Part shown: one piece after another, positions 1-11,051 of the stretch
Layout of the letters: the number at the start of each line of letters is the position of its first letter
Position numbering within the stretch: the stretch's first letter is position 1
The notes under the pieces: generated by a model
What the model saw: only the letters and a program-made list of their open reading frames with translations
Told to the model about the DNA's origin: nothing
The model's database searches: none
Translations under genes and position numbers: made by a program
From: an uncultured Gaiellaceae bacterium
GTDB taxonomy: Bacteria > Actinomycetota > Thermoleophilia > Gaiellales > Gaiellaceae
Length of the DNA: 64,000 bases
NCBI GenBank assembly: GCA_963778725.1
Contig: CAVZVL010000013.1
Coordinates: 17,833 to 81,832 of the forward strand
Direction: 5' to 3'

Positions 1-119
1 CGACGGATCGAGGCGGAGACTGCATTCGCGCGAGATCGGATCCGCGACCGCAGATCCTGATCTCGCGCGAAGGTCCTGAAGCGCGACCGCAGGCGGTCGC
101 GGTCGTCTGCGATCTCGGC

Positions 120-1190
120 CTACGCCGCCCGGACCGAGTGCACCGGCGGGAGCTTCGTCGCCGCGGTGAACCACGTCTTGCCGGCGTCGCCCGAGCCGAA
201 CACGTCGCCCGACGTCGCGCCGAAGTACAGGCCCATGCTCGGCCCGGAGCCCTCGCCGCAGAACGCCTGCCGGAGGATCGTGAGGTACGCGTCGTCCTGC
301 GGAAGGCCGTCGCCGCGCGCGCGTCCAGCTCGCGCCCGCGTCGCGCGTCTCGTAGACGCGCACCTTGCCCTCGGGCGTCGTGCGGTCCATGTCCGCGACG
401 AGCGGGATGACGTACGCGCTGTCCGGGTCGTCGGGGTCGATCGACCATCGGGAAGCCGAAGTCGGACGGGCAGGCCGTCGGCGATGCTCGTCCAGCTCTC
501 GCCGGCGTCGTCCGAGCGGTAGACGCCGCCGTGGAACTGCATGAACAGCCGCTCCGGCCGCTCCGGCGCGCGGTGCATGTTGTGGACGCAGAGCGTGAGC
601 GTGTCCTCGCGCGCCTCCTCCGGCATGTAGCGGGGGTAGAGGCCCTTGTTTCCGTTGCGCCACGTCTCGCCGCCGTCGTCGGTGAGCCAGACGCCGACCG
701 CGGAGATCGCGAGCGCGACGCGCGACGGGTCGCCGGGCCAGGTCGCGATCGAGTGCATGCACATGCCGCCTGCGCCGGGGCTCCACTCGGGGCGGGTCGG
801 CTGCTCCCAGAACGCCTTGTTCAGCTCCCAGGTCTCGCGCCGCCGTCGTGGCTCTCGAAGAGGACGCCGGGGGCGCCGCCCGCGTACAGGTGGCCGTCGT
901 CCTCGGCCGGCACGATCGTCCAGAGCCGCTCGAGCGGCTTCTCGGCGTCCTCGGGGAGCTCGACGCCGGTCGGCCTGCTGCCACTCGCCGGCGAGGTCGT
1001 CGGTGTAGAAGAGCTTCGGCCCGTAGAACGCGGACGTGACGCACGCGAGGTGCGGCCGCTGCGCGGGTCGCGCGTCGCGAACTCGACCGGCTCGCCGGCG
1101 AAGTGCGCGCGACGTCACCTCGAACGGCTCGCCCGCGTCGCCCTCGAGCACGAACAGGCCCTTCTTCGTTCCGACCAGAAGCTGAGTCAC
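120..1190 (-). pseudogene. BNR/Asp-box repeat beta-propeller protein (sialidase-like/Ycf48-like fold, no signal peptide); frame-disrupted as assembled
   Basis: ORF 120..1190(-). N-terminus is MTQLLVGTKKGLFVLEGD, with Asp-box-like motifs LTDDGGETW, RSDDAGESW and GSGDAGKTW. The conserved blocks are separated by Arg/Pro-rich stretches that read like out-of-frame translation, indicating compensating shifts. Confidence 0.6.
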
Positions 1191-1193
1191 AGC

Positions 1194-1455
1194 TCAACCT
1201 CCCGAGATCGCGGGGAGCACGTGCAGCCGGTCGCTGGCCGCGACCGCCGTGTCCTCCCGTCCGTATTCCTTGTTCACGAAGACGTTGATGTGCTCGCGGA
1301 TCGACCCGTGCTCGTCGAGGATCCAGCCCTTGACGTCCGGGTGCTCGCGCTCGAGCGCCTGCAGCACCTCGGCGCACCGTCGCGCCCTCGAGCTCGAGCT
1401 CGCGGTGCCCCCCGGCCAGCTCGGACAGCGGAGCGCGAAGCCTCACGACCGCCAT
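1194..1455 (-). pseudogene. MoaD/ThiS-family ubiquitin-like beta-grasp protein ending in Gly-Gly; one frame shift near 1371
   Basis: Hand translation from ATG at 1455 gives MAVVRLRAPLSELAGGHRELELEGATVR. After one extra base it continues EVLQALEREHPDVKGWILDEHGSIREHINVFVNKEYGREDTAVAASDRLHVLPAISGG-stop (TGA 1196-1194). The stop lies 3 nt from the GTG start of the BNR gene. Confidence 0.6.
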
Positions 1456-1869
1456 GCGTCGATCCTAGGCCACATCGCATCACTGGTTAGACGACGAACG
1501 GGACCGGAAATCATCGACATCCGAGTCGCGTTCGTCACAGAAGAGCGCCAAGCGTTTGCCGATTCGGCGACTTACGTGTGGGTTCTGTAAAGGTCGTCGC
1601 GCCGCTCGAGATCGCTCTGACATGATGGGCGACTTCATCAGGGGCCGCGGCACGAGGTTTCGTGCTCGGAGTGGTCCGGAGAAGCCGGTCGAGCGCAGAG
1701 GGGCGCCGCCGGGAAGCGGAGGTCGGCTCGCACCGAGCCGCCGTCGTTCCCGTTCGTCCTCCGCCGCCTGGCGGCTCCTCCTCCGGCGCATTCGGTTCGG
1801 GCGTCGCGTGCACGGTCGAAAATTCGACGAACAAGCGGCTCGTGGCCGTATGCGGAGGTGATCAGACGG

Positions 1870-2308
1870 ATGGAACTCGTCGATCTCATGAGCGAACTTG
1901 CACGACTGCTCTCCAGGCGGTCGTCGACACCCCGGCGCGATGCGCTGCGGCATCGCGCATCGCCGGATTCGGCGTTACGCAGGCGGAGCGAGGACTCGGA
2001 GAGTCGTGGTGCGACGCGGTGCTTCTCCACTTCCTCTCCGACGAGCACGCGTGAGAGCGTCGCATGAGCAACGCGAGCTTGCCGATGCGGCTCCTTCGCC
2101 TTCGGACGGTGGACACGACGCTCACCGACTGCGGAGGCGCAGGTGCTCCGAGCGGATCGCGATGGGCGACTCGCAGGTCGAAGTGGCGCGGCGGCTCGGC
2201 AAGTCGCTGGAAACCGTACGCAAGCAGACGAAGATGGCGCGAGCTCGGCTCCGGGCGCGCACGAACGCCCATGCGGTGGCCATCGCCGTCAGCCTCGATC
2301 TCATATGA
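1870..2308 (+). pseudogene. LuxR/FixJ-type HTH transcriptional regulator, heavily frame-disrupted; 5' boundary uncertain
   Basis: The C-terminal IAMGDSQVEVARRLGKSLETVRKQTKMARARLRARTNAHAVAIAVSLDLI-stop (frame of ORF 1898..2308) is a LuxR-type HTH. The preceding LTD.EAQVLRA element and an N-terminal MELVDLMSELARLL segment lie in other frames (ORFs 1858..2067 and 1662..2054). Confidence 0.4.
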
Positions 2309-2635
2309 AGCTGCCCTATCGCTACCCAGGTCAGAGGTCGAGCTCGGCGCAGTTCGAGCTCGACGAGTGGCGCCGGCGAGCCGAAGTCGAGGCTCGGTGA
2401 GGCACGACCCGCCCGCGCACTCGAGCCGTCCGGCTCGACGAAGGTCGCGTGCGCGCAGGCTCCGGGTTCCTTGCTGGCCGCTGTCGTCGTCACCGGGTCG
2501 GTGGCTCGCGCATCCTTCGCGATGCCCGGCCGGACACACAGCGCCGCGCGCCGGACGTCCCAGACGTGCATCGGGAAGGCGCGGTACCAGAATCCGATCC
2601 GAGGACAACCAGTATCAGGAGCTCGTGAACGCCCT

Positions 2636-3910
2636 CTACACCTGCGGCGTGTACCGGTCTCCGTGAGTCGAGCGGGTGCGACGCGCCGCTACGGCGTCGA
2701 GCTCGAGGACGCCGTGCGGCGCGCCGTACTCGGCGAGCTTGTCGAGGAACGGCTGCGGCGGGAAGGCCTCGGGCCCGAGGACGCCCGACGCCCGACCAGT
2801 CGCCGTTCGCGAGCAGCTCGAGCGCGATCACGGGGTTGATCGCCGTCTGCCAGACGACAGCCTGCGAGCCGTACTCGCGCATCGAGGTCTCGTTGTCGGC
2901 GACGTGGTACAGGTAGGTCTTCCGCGGGTTGCCGTCCTTGCCGAGCCCGGTGACGAGCGTGCCGGCGCACGTCTTCCCGGTCATGCGCTCGCCGAGCGTC
3001 GCAGGGTCGGGCAGCGCCGCCGCGACGACGTCGCGCGGCGCGACCTCGACGCCCTTGACCGCGAATCGGCTCCTTCGAGTCGAGCCCGAGCTTGTGCAGG
3101 GTCTTGAGCACCTCGATGAACTCGTCGCCGAGCCCGTACTTGAACGTGACGCGGTTGCAGTCGATCCAGCGCGGGCACGAGCAGCACCTCCTCGTGCTCG
3201 ACGTTCACGCACTCGACCGGCCCGATCCCCTCCGGGAAGTCGAAGACCTCGGGCTCGGAGAACGGCTCGGTCGTGAACCAGCCGCGCTCCTTCTCCCAGA
3301 TCACGGGCGGGTTCAGGCACTCCTCGATCGTCGTCCAGATGGAGAAGGTCGGCGCGAAGTCGTAGCCCTCGACGACGAGGTTCGCGCCGTCGCGGATGCC
3401 GACCTCGTCGATCTCGGAGAAGAGCTCGTCGGCGGCGTAGCGGGCGAAGACGTCGGCGGCGCCCGGCTCGACCCCGATGCCGACGAGCGCGAGCAGGCCC
3501 TTCTCCTCCCAGGCGCGCCGCTCGCTCGAACTGGTAGTCGCCGAGCTTGACGCCCACCTCCTCGTACGGCCGCGTCGGATGCGGCTCGGAGAGCGTCATC
3601 GCCATGTCCAGGTACGTCACCCCGGCCTCGAAGCACGCGTCGAAGATCGGGCACGTTGAAGAGCGGGTCGACCGAGTTCAGGACCGCGTCGGCGCGCGTC
3701 TCGCGGATGAGCGCGACGATCGACGTCGCTGCTCGACGCGTCGACTGCGTGTGCCGAGAAGCGACCGTCGTCGAGGCTCGCGACGACGCTCGTGCGGACG
3801 CGTCGCGTCGTAGTCCGCGAGGGCGCAGCTGCTCGAAGAACGACGCGGCGCGTCGCGATCCGCGCGAAGGCGGAGCCGACGCCCCCTGTTCCGACGACGA
3901 GAATCCGCAC
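2636..3910 (-). pseudogene. Saccharopine dehydrogenase family NAD(P)-binding protein (same fold family as carboxy(nor)spermidine dehydrogenase and bacterial homospermidine synthase); at least 3 frame shifts
   Basis: Three family blocks lie in three different frames. The Rossmann N-terminus MRILVVGTGGVGSAFARIA is in ORF 3617..3910. MIWEKERGWFTTEPFSEPEVFDFPEGIGPVECVNVEHEEV is in ORF 2981..3304. GKTCAGTLVTGLGKDGNPRKTYLYHVADNETSMREYGSQAVVWQTAINPVIALELLANGDWSG is in ORF 2490..3620. The 3' end was inferred by hand (TAG at 2638-2636). Confidence 0.7.
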
Positions 3911-3999
3911 GGCGCCGGGGTTCTACACGAATGGGTCTTCTTGTCGCTTCAGTCCCGACAGCGATACGCTCCTGCCGAGATTCCCGGATCGGAGGTCGT

Positions 4000-5450
4000 G
4001 TGAGCGTTTCCGTTACCCAGCAGAAGCAGTTCATCGGCGGGGAGTTCGTCGAGTCGTCCTCGGGAGAGACCATGGAGGTCTTGAACCCGGCGACCGGTGA
4101 GGTGATCGCCGAGGTGCCGCGGGGCACGGCGGAGGACGTCGAGCGGGCGGTCGATGCCGCGAAGAAGGCGTGGGAGGAGTGGCAGTCGAAGACGCCCAAG
4201 GACCGCATGGAGCTTCTCCTGAAGCTCGCGGACGTCATCGACGAGAACGCCGAGGAGCTCGCGCGGCTCGAGTCGCTTGAACGTCGGCAAGCCGTGGTGG
4301 GTCGCGGTCGACGAGCCCGGCGTCATGTCCGACAACCTCCGCTTCTTCGCCGGCGCGGCGCGCAACCTCGAGGGCAAGGCGGCGACGGAGTACGTCGAGG
4401 GCTACACGTCGATGATCCGGCGCGAGCCGCTCGGCATCGTCGCGGGCATCTGCCCGTGGAACTACCCGCTCTTCATGGCGATGTGGAAGATCGGCCCGGC
4501 GCTCGCGGCGGGGAACGTCCAGATCATCAAGCCGGCCGAGCAGACGCCGCTCACGATGCTCCGCTTCGTCGAGCTCGCGCAGGAGGTCATCCCGCCGGGC
4601 GTGCTGCAGGTCGTCACCGGCGACGGGATCCCGGTCGGCGACGCGCTCGTGCGTCACCCGGACGTCCGGCTCGTCTCGCTGACCGGCGACACCGCGACGG
4701 GGAAGATCATCGCCGCGAACGCCGCGCAGACCGTCAAGCGCGTGCACCTCGAGCTCGGCGGCAAGGCGCCGATGGTCGTCCTCGACGACGCCGATCCGGC
4801 GACCGTCGCCGAGGCGATCAAGATCGGCGGCTACTTCAACTCGGGCCAGGACTGCACGGCGTCGTCGCGCATCCTCGTCAGCGAGCGGATCTACGACGAC
4901 GTGCTCTCGGCGACCGGTCGAGGCGGTGGAGTCGCTGACGGTCGGCGATCCCGGGACGGACGACGAGATCGGCATGGGCCCGGTCATCTCCGCCGAGCAG
5001 CAGGAGCGCGTCCTCGGCTTCCTCGAGCGAGCGAGCGACGCGAAGGCGACGATCGTGACCGGCGGCGAGTCGCTCGGCGACCGCGGCTTCTTCGTGAAGC
5101 CGACGATCGTCACCGACGTCGCGCAGGACGCCGAGATCGTCCAGAACGAGGTCTTCGGCCCGGTCGTGACCATGCAGTCCGCGGCGTCCGACGACGCGGC
5201 GATCGAGATGGCGAACGACGTGCGCTACGGGCTCGCGGCGTCCGTGTTCTCGGAGAACGTCGGGCCGCGCGATGAAGGTCGCGGCGAAGCTCGACTTCGG
5301 CACGGTCTGGATCAACGAGCACTCTTCCCGCTCACCTCGGAGATGCCGCACGGCGGCTTCAAGGAGTCGGGCTACGGCAAGGACATGTCCATCTACTCGA
5401 TGGAGGAGTACACGCGGATCAAGCACGTCTGCGTGAAGCTCGCCGGATGA
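4000..5450 (+). pseudogene. NAD-dependent aldehyde dehydrogenase (aminobutyraldehyde/betaine-aldehyde DH-like); extra bases near 4279, 4916, 5265 and 5323-5324
   Basis: GTG at 4000 is preceded by GGAGG (3991-3995). Three blocks lie in the frames of ORFs 3931, 4277 and 4926: FIGGEFVESSSGETMEVLNPATGEVIAEVPRG; NVGKPWW..ICPWNYPLFMAMWKIGPALAAGN..ELGGKAP..FNSGQDCTASSRILV; and [15 protein letters not shown]. Confidence 0.85.
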
Positions 5451-6551
5451 CGACGACCGAGTCCAGCTCCGGACGTCCGGCTCGAGGACGTCGTCAAGCG
5501 CTTCGACGACGCGGTCGCCGTCGACGGCATCTCGGTCGAGATCCCGCGCGGCTCGTTCTTCGCGATGCTCGGCCCGTCCGGGTGCGGGAAGACGACGACG
5601 CTGCGCATGATCGGCGGCTTCGAGGAGCCGACCGAGGGCCGGATCTTCCTCGGCGACCAGGACGTCGTCGGCCTGCCGCCCTACAAGCGCGACGTCAACA
5701 CCGTCTTCCAGAGCTACGCGCTCTTCCCGCACATGACGATCGAGGACAACGTCGCGTTCGGGCTCGAGCGCAAGGGCGTGCCGAAGGACCAGCTGAAGGG
5801 GCGCGTCGCCGAGATGCTCGAGCTCGTCGGGCTCGTCCGGCTTCGCGAAGCGGAAGCCGAGGCAGCTCTCCGGCGGCCAGCAGCAGCGCGTCGCGCTCGC
5901 GACGCGCGCTCGTCAACCACCCGCGCGTGCTGCTTCTCGACGAGCCGCTCGGCGCGCTCGACCTCAAGCTCCGCAAGAACATGCAGATGGAGCTCAAGCG
6001 CGATCCAGAGCGAGGTCGGGATCACGTTCGTCCACGTCACGCACGACCAGGAAGAGGCGATGACGATGGCGGACACGATCGCCGTCATGAACAGCGGGCA
6101 GGATCGAGCAGCTCGGCCCGCCGGCCGAGCTCTACGAGCGGCCCGCGACCGCGTTCGTCGCCGGCTTCCTCGGCGCGTCGAACCTCCTGCCCGGCACGGT
6201 CGACGGACCGCGACGCGATCCGGCTCGACGACGGGACGGTCGTGCGTGCGAGCGTGAACGGCCGCTCGGGCGAGGTCGCGGCGGGCGTCCGGCCGGAGAA
6301 GATCACGATCGGAGCCGGCGGCGGCGCGAACGAGCTCGCCGGAACGGTCGCCGAGACCGCGTACATCGGCGTCGCGACGCAGGTGGTCGTTCGAACGGCC
6401 GGCGGGCACGGTCCAGGTGTTCGCGCAGAACATGGACTGCGGGAGGGCGCGTGCCCGCACCGGGGACGAACGTCGTACTGAGCTGGGCCCCGGAGTCGAC
6501 GTTCGTCGTCGACGCGAGCCGGACCCAGCGAGCGAGGAGGAGGACGCATGA
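5447..6551 (+). pseudogene. potA: Spermidine/putrescine-type ABC transporter ATP-binding protein; several frame shifts
   Basis: Walker A is [29 protein letters not shown] is present. The signature [12 protein letters not shown] and Walker [12 protein letters not shown] lie in a shifted frame. [22 protein letters not shown] and a TOBE-like tail are present. ATGA overlaps link it to the aldehyde DH stop (5447-5450) and the potD start (6548-6551). Confidence 0.8.
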
Positions 6552-7713
6552 ACCCGAGGCTGACCCGACAAGAGCTCCTGCGGCGCGAGCGCGGCAGGAG
6601 GCGCCCTGCTCGCGTTCCCGTCGCTGCTCGCCGCCTGCGGCGGCGGAGGCGGCGGCGGCGCGAGCGGCGGCGAGGCTGAACGACGTCCTCAACTTCTCGA
6701 ACTGGGAGCTCTACATCGACACGCCCGTCGCTCGAAGGCCGCCGGCATGACAGGCTCGACGACGCTCGAGCAGTTCACGACGAAGACGGGGATCAAGGTC
6801 AACTACTACGAGGACATCAACGGGAACTCCGAGTACTTCGCGACGGTCCAGGGCCGGCTCGCGCAGGGCCAGGGCATCGGGCGCGACATCATCGTCTCCA
6901 CCGACAACGACCGGTACCTCGGCGAGTACCTCGACAACGACTGGGCGCTGAAGCTGGACAAGAGCCTCATCCCGAACATCTCGAACCTCATCGACGCGCA
7001 GGCGAGCCCGCCCTTCGACCCGAACCGCGACTACACGCTGCCGTGGTTCTCGGGCATGGACGGGATCGCCTGGAACGAGGACGTCACCGGCCCGGTGACG
7101 ACCGTCGAAGCAGCTCCTCGAGGATCCGAAGCTGAAGGGCAAGGTCGGCGTCTGGAACTCGATGGGCGACACCCTCGGCCTCATCATGCTCGAGAACGGC
7201 GACGACCCCGCGAAGGTCACGGACGAGTCGTTCGACCGGGCGCTCGCCGTGGTCAAGAAGGCGGTCGGACGCGGGCCAGATCCGCAGGTTCTACGGCAAC
7301 GACTACGCGCAGCCGCTCGCGACGGGCGACCTCGCGGCGTGCATGGCGTGGTCCGGCGACATCGTCCTCCTCCACGAACCCGAAGGTGCAAGTGGGTCAT
7401 CCCCGAGACGGGGGGGATCATCTGGACGGACAACATGCTCATCCCGCTCGGAGGCAGCGTGCCCACGGCGTCGACGTACATGAACTTCGTGTACGACCCG
7501 AAGATCGCCGCGCAGCTCGCTCTCGGCGCCGAACTACATCTCGTCGGTCAAGGGCGTCAAGGAGGAGGCGGCGAAGATCGATCCGGAGGCGGCCGAGCAA
7601 CACGCTCGTCTTCCCGACCGACGAGATGCTCGCGCAGATGCACCAGAACGACCCCGCGATGTTCACCAACCAGGACTACGACGAAGAAGTGGCTGGCGGT
7701 GCAGGGCAAGTAG
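6548..7713 (+). pseudogene. potD: Spermidine/putrescine-type periplasmic substrate-binding lipoprotein; several frame shifts
   Basis: ATG at 6548 follows GAGGAGGAGGA. The N-terminus [13 protein letters not shown] is followed, after a shift, by [18 protein letters not shown] (lipobox LAAC). Family blocks are [46 protein letters not shown] and WVIPETGGIIWTDNMLIP. Confidence 0.75.
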
Positions 7714-7725
7714 ACGCGTCCGACG

Positions 7726-8584
7726 ATGGGCACGTTCTTCCACCGGCACCGGGGCGCCACGCCGTACCTCCTGCTCGCGCCGGGGATCGTCTGGCTCGCG
7801 ATCTTCTTCCTGATCCCGCTCGCCTTCCTCGGCTACGAGTCGCTCCAGTCCGGGCTCTTCCCGAACTTCGAGTTCACCTGGGAGTTCTCGAACTTCTCGG
7901 ACGGGATCCGCGACTACCACCAGCAGTTCGTGCGCTCGTTCCTCTACGCCGGGATCGCGACGGTCGCGTGCCTCGTGCTCGCGTATCCGCTCGTCTACTG
8001 GATCGCGTTCCGGGCCGGCCCGTGGCGGAACCTCTTCCTGCTCTTCATCGTCGCGCCGTTCTTCGTCACCTACCTCGTGCGGACGCTCGCCTGGCTGAAC
8101 ATCCTCGCCGACCAGGGGCCGGTCGTCGGGCTCCTCCGAGACCTCCACATCCTCGGCCCCGACGGGCGTCTCCTCGCGACGACGTTCGCCGTCGTCTCGG
8201 GGATCACCTACAACTTCTTCCCCTTCATGGCGCTGCCGCTCTACGTCTCGCTGGAGCAGATCGACCCGCGCCTGCTCGAGGCGGCGAAGGATCTGTACGC
8301 GTCGCCGACCCAGGCGTTCCTCCGCGTGACGCTCCCGCTGTCGGCGCCCGGGATCGTCGCCGGGACGCTCCTCACGTTCATCCCGGCGGCGGGCGACTTC
8401 ATCAACGCCGCGCTTCTCGGCACGCCGCAAGCAGGCGATGATCGGGAACGTCATCCAGTCGAAGTTCCTCGAGTCGCTCGACTACCCGAGCGCCGCTGCG
8501 CTCTCGTTCGTCCTCATGGGCGCGATCCTCGTCGCGCTCCTCGTCTACGCGCGCATCGTCGGCTCGGAGCGGCTCACCGGATGA
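7726..8584 (+). pseudogene. potB: Spermidine/putrescine-type ABC transporter permease; one extra base near 8431
   Basis: ORF 7726 gives MGTFFHRHRGATPYLLLAPGIVWLAIFFLIPL, and EAAKDLYASPTQAFLRVTLPLSAPGIVAG is the EAA loop. After GTPQ the frame shifts to QAMIGNVIQSKFLESLDYPSAAALSFVLMGAILVALLVYARIVGSERLTG-stop. Confidence 0.8.
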
Positions 8585-9448
8585 CGACCGTCGCCGCACC
8601 GTCTGCCACGCGCCACGACGCAGCGTCGCGGCGCGCACGTGGGCGTTCGTGAAGCGCCACGCCCTGACCGTCTACGCGCTCCTCGTCGTCGCGCTACCTG
8701 ATGCTCCCGATCGCGGTCGTGATCCTGTTCTCGTTCAACCCCCGACGGGCCGGTTCAACTACGTCTGGAAGAGGTTCACGTTCGACAACTGGCTGCACTG
8801 GAACGCCGTGCTCGGCATCCAGGACGCGATCATCACGTCGCTCGAGGTCGGGCTGCTCGCGACGATCGTCGCCACTGCGCTCGGCACGCTCATCGCGATG
8901 GCGATCGTCCGCCACCACTTCGTCGGACGCGGCGCGACGAACCTGCTCGTGTTCCTGCCGATGTCGACGCCGGAGATCGTCCTCGGCGCCTCGCTGCTCA
9001 CGCTGTTCCTGAACACGACCGCGGTCTTCCAGCTCGGGTTCGTGACGATCTTCATCGCGCACGTGATGTTCATCGTGAGCTTCATCGTCGTCACCGTGAA
9101 GGCGCGCCTGATCGGGTTCGACCGGCATCTCGAGGAGGCGGCGATGGACCTCGGCGCGAACGAGGTCACGACGTTCCGCAAGGTGACGCTGCCGCTGCAT
9201 CGCGCCGGCGATGCTCGCCGCGGCGCTGCTCGGATTCGCGCTCTCCATCGACGACTTCGTCATCACGTACTTCAATGCGGGCGCGCACGCAGACGTTCCC
9301 GGTCTTCGTCTGGGGGATCGCGCGCGTCTCGGTTCCGCCGCAGGTGAACGTGGTCGCAAGCGCGATCTTCCTCGTGGCGATCGCAATCGCCCTCACGAAT
9401 GTCTTCTGGGAGTACCGCAGCGCCAAACGAACGCGAGGCGCTACCTGA
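8581..9448 (+). pseudogene. potC: Spermidine/putrescine-type ABC transporter permease; at least 3 frame shifts
   Basis: ATGA overlap with the potB stop. Blocks include FNYVWKRFTFDNWLHWNAVLGIQDAIITSLEVGLLATIVATALGT. The EAA loop is EEAAMDLGANEVTTFRKVTLPL. The tail FNAG..FPVFVWGIARVSVPPQVNVVASAIFLVAIAIALTNVFWEYR was read by hand in another frame. Confidence 0.75.
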
Positions 9449-9480
9449 CCGCGATCGAGCCCGTTCAGCGATAGAAGGCA

Positions 9481-9516
9481 GGCGGCGCACGCGCAGATGT
9501 CCGGGCGTGCGCCGCC
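9481..9516. terminator. Hairpin between convergent potC and the secreted BNR gene (candidate bidirectional terminator)
   Basis: GGCGGCGCACGC (9481-9492) and GCGTGCGCCGCC (9505-9516) form a perfect 12-bp inverted repeat around a 12-nt loop. There is no clear U-tract. Confidence 0.5.
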
Positions 9517-9532
9517 GTACGATGCAGCGTTT

Positions 9533-10934
9533 CTAGCCTGCGACCGCCGCCGTGTAGATGTCGAGCTGCTGCGAGCGTGCCGTCCGGGTTGGTGCCGGTG
9601 CTGTTGGAGTTGTCGGACCACGCGGGATGCGCGACGCCGCCGAAGAAGGCCAGACCGCTGTAGTCGCCGTAGTCGATGCCGTTGCCCGAGACGTGCGAGT
9701 TCGAGGTCCCGGCGCTGATCTGGATGTTCGGGTGAAGGTCACGCCATCGCTCAGAACGCACCCAAGAACTGCGCGTCGTCGTTCGGGACGCCGTCGGTGT
9801 CGCCCGGGCCGTCCGGCTCCGAGATCGTTCCTGGCGTCGTACCAGGTGACCGCGACCTTGCCGGTCGTCTGGTCGAGCGCGATCTTGGACATGGAACTGG
9901 CTGTTCACGTGGTGTCGTCGTTGACCCGCGTCGGGCCGCTCCAGGTCATGCCCGAGTCGTCCGAGTGGCGGACCGAGACGTCGGTGTTGTCGCTCTCGTT
10001 CTTCTCCTCGTTCGTGGACACGAGGTAGACCCGGCCGTGTGCGGGCCGCCGGTCCGATCCCACGCGAGCCCGGGCTCGGCGTCGACCGAGCGGTCGTGCT
10101 GGGCCGGGATGAAGTCGAAGCCGCCGACGTGGGTCGTGGTCACGAAGACCCGGTCGCCGAATCCGGCGGGCCGAGGCCGTCGGGGTCGACGTTGACGAAC
10201 AGCTTGCCGCTGCCCTGCCCCGACTCGGTCAAGCGTGCAGACGTTCATGACCTTCCCGCCCGGGCCGATCGCGACATCGCCGTAGGTGCAGTTGTTGGTC
10301 CCGGGGACGATCTCCGCGGGGATGAAGCTCCGACCTGCCCGAGGCCGGAGACCGGTGCGCCGGTCGCGACCATCGGTCCACCGCCGTTGACGACGAGCCA
10401 GACCATGCCCTCGCCCGCGACGATCGTCTCCTGGTCGACGAAGCGGAAGTTGCCGTGGCGCTCGGCCCTCGTTCCCGTCGTCTTCGGCGGCTTGGCGATG
10501 TTGGCGATGATGTTGAAGGTCAGGCCGCCGTCCGTGCTGAGCGCGACCGGCACGATGTTCTCGACGTTGAAGAGGTAGGACAGGAAGAGGTTGCCGTACT
10601 GGTCGAAGGAGAGGCTCGGGTCGCAGCACGAGTCGCCGAGCGGGTCGGCGCCCCGGGTGGTGTCGCCGTGTCGGCGATGATCTCGCGAGTCCAGGTCTGT
10701 CCGCCGTCGAAGGTGACGGCCTTGAAGAGGCCGGTAGAAGCCTTCGCTGGATGTTCGTCACGACACGATGTTGTTGGGGTTCGTCGGGTTGACAGCGATC
10801 GCCTCCTCCGACTCGTTGCCGACGCGTTGGCTGACGTCGACGTTGGTCGGAGTCGCACCGCCTCCGGCCGGGATCGCGACGAGCGCGAGCATGACGAGAA
10901 CCGGCAGGACGCCGATGAGCGGCCGTTTCACCAT
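9533..10934 (-). pseudogene. Secreted BNR/Asp-box repeat protein (exo-alpha-sialidase-like); many frame shifts
   Basis: ATG at 10934 follows GAGGGGAGGGGA. The signal peptide is MVKRPLIGVLPVLVMLALVAIPAGG. NESEEAIAVNPTNPNNIV is present. Asp-box motifs are TFDGGQTWT, LSTDGGLTF and HSDDSGMTW-type. The pieces are spread over ORFs 10758..11027, 10520..10858, 10245..10553, 9946.., 9533..9892 and 9465..9908. Confidence 0.6.
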
Positions 10935-11051
10935 CGTTCCCCTCCCCTCGAGTGGTCGACGCGAGGCTATACCCGCGTCTCGACCGTGGCAAACGAGCCC
11001 GGTCGGAGTGGCTGCCAGGTGGTGCAAGACGCGCTGAACGCCGCTGGCGTC

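Noticed and set aside
1456-1869. A molybdenum-cofactor or cobalamin riboswitch upstream of the moaD-like gene.
   Set aside because: I could not recognise the conserved cores of either class, only a weak CACTGG string. The downstream gene also does not look like the housekeeping moaD. This needs an Infernal scan before anything is claimed.
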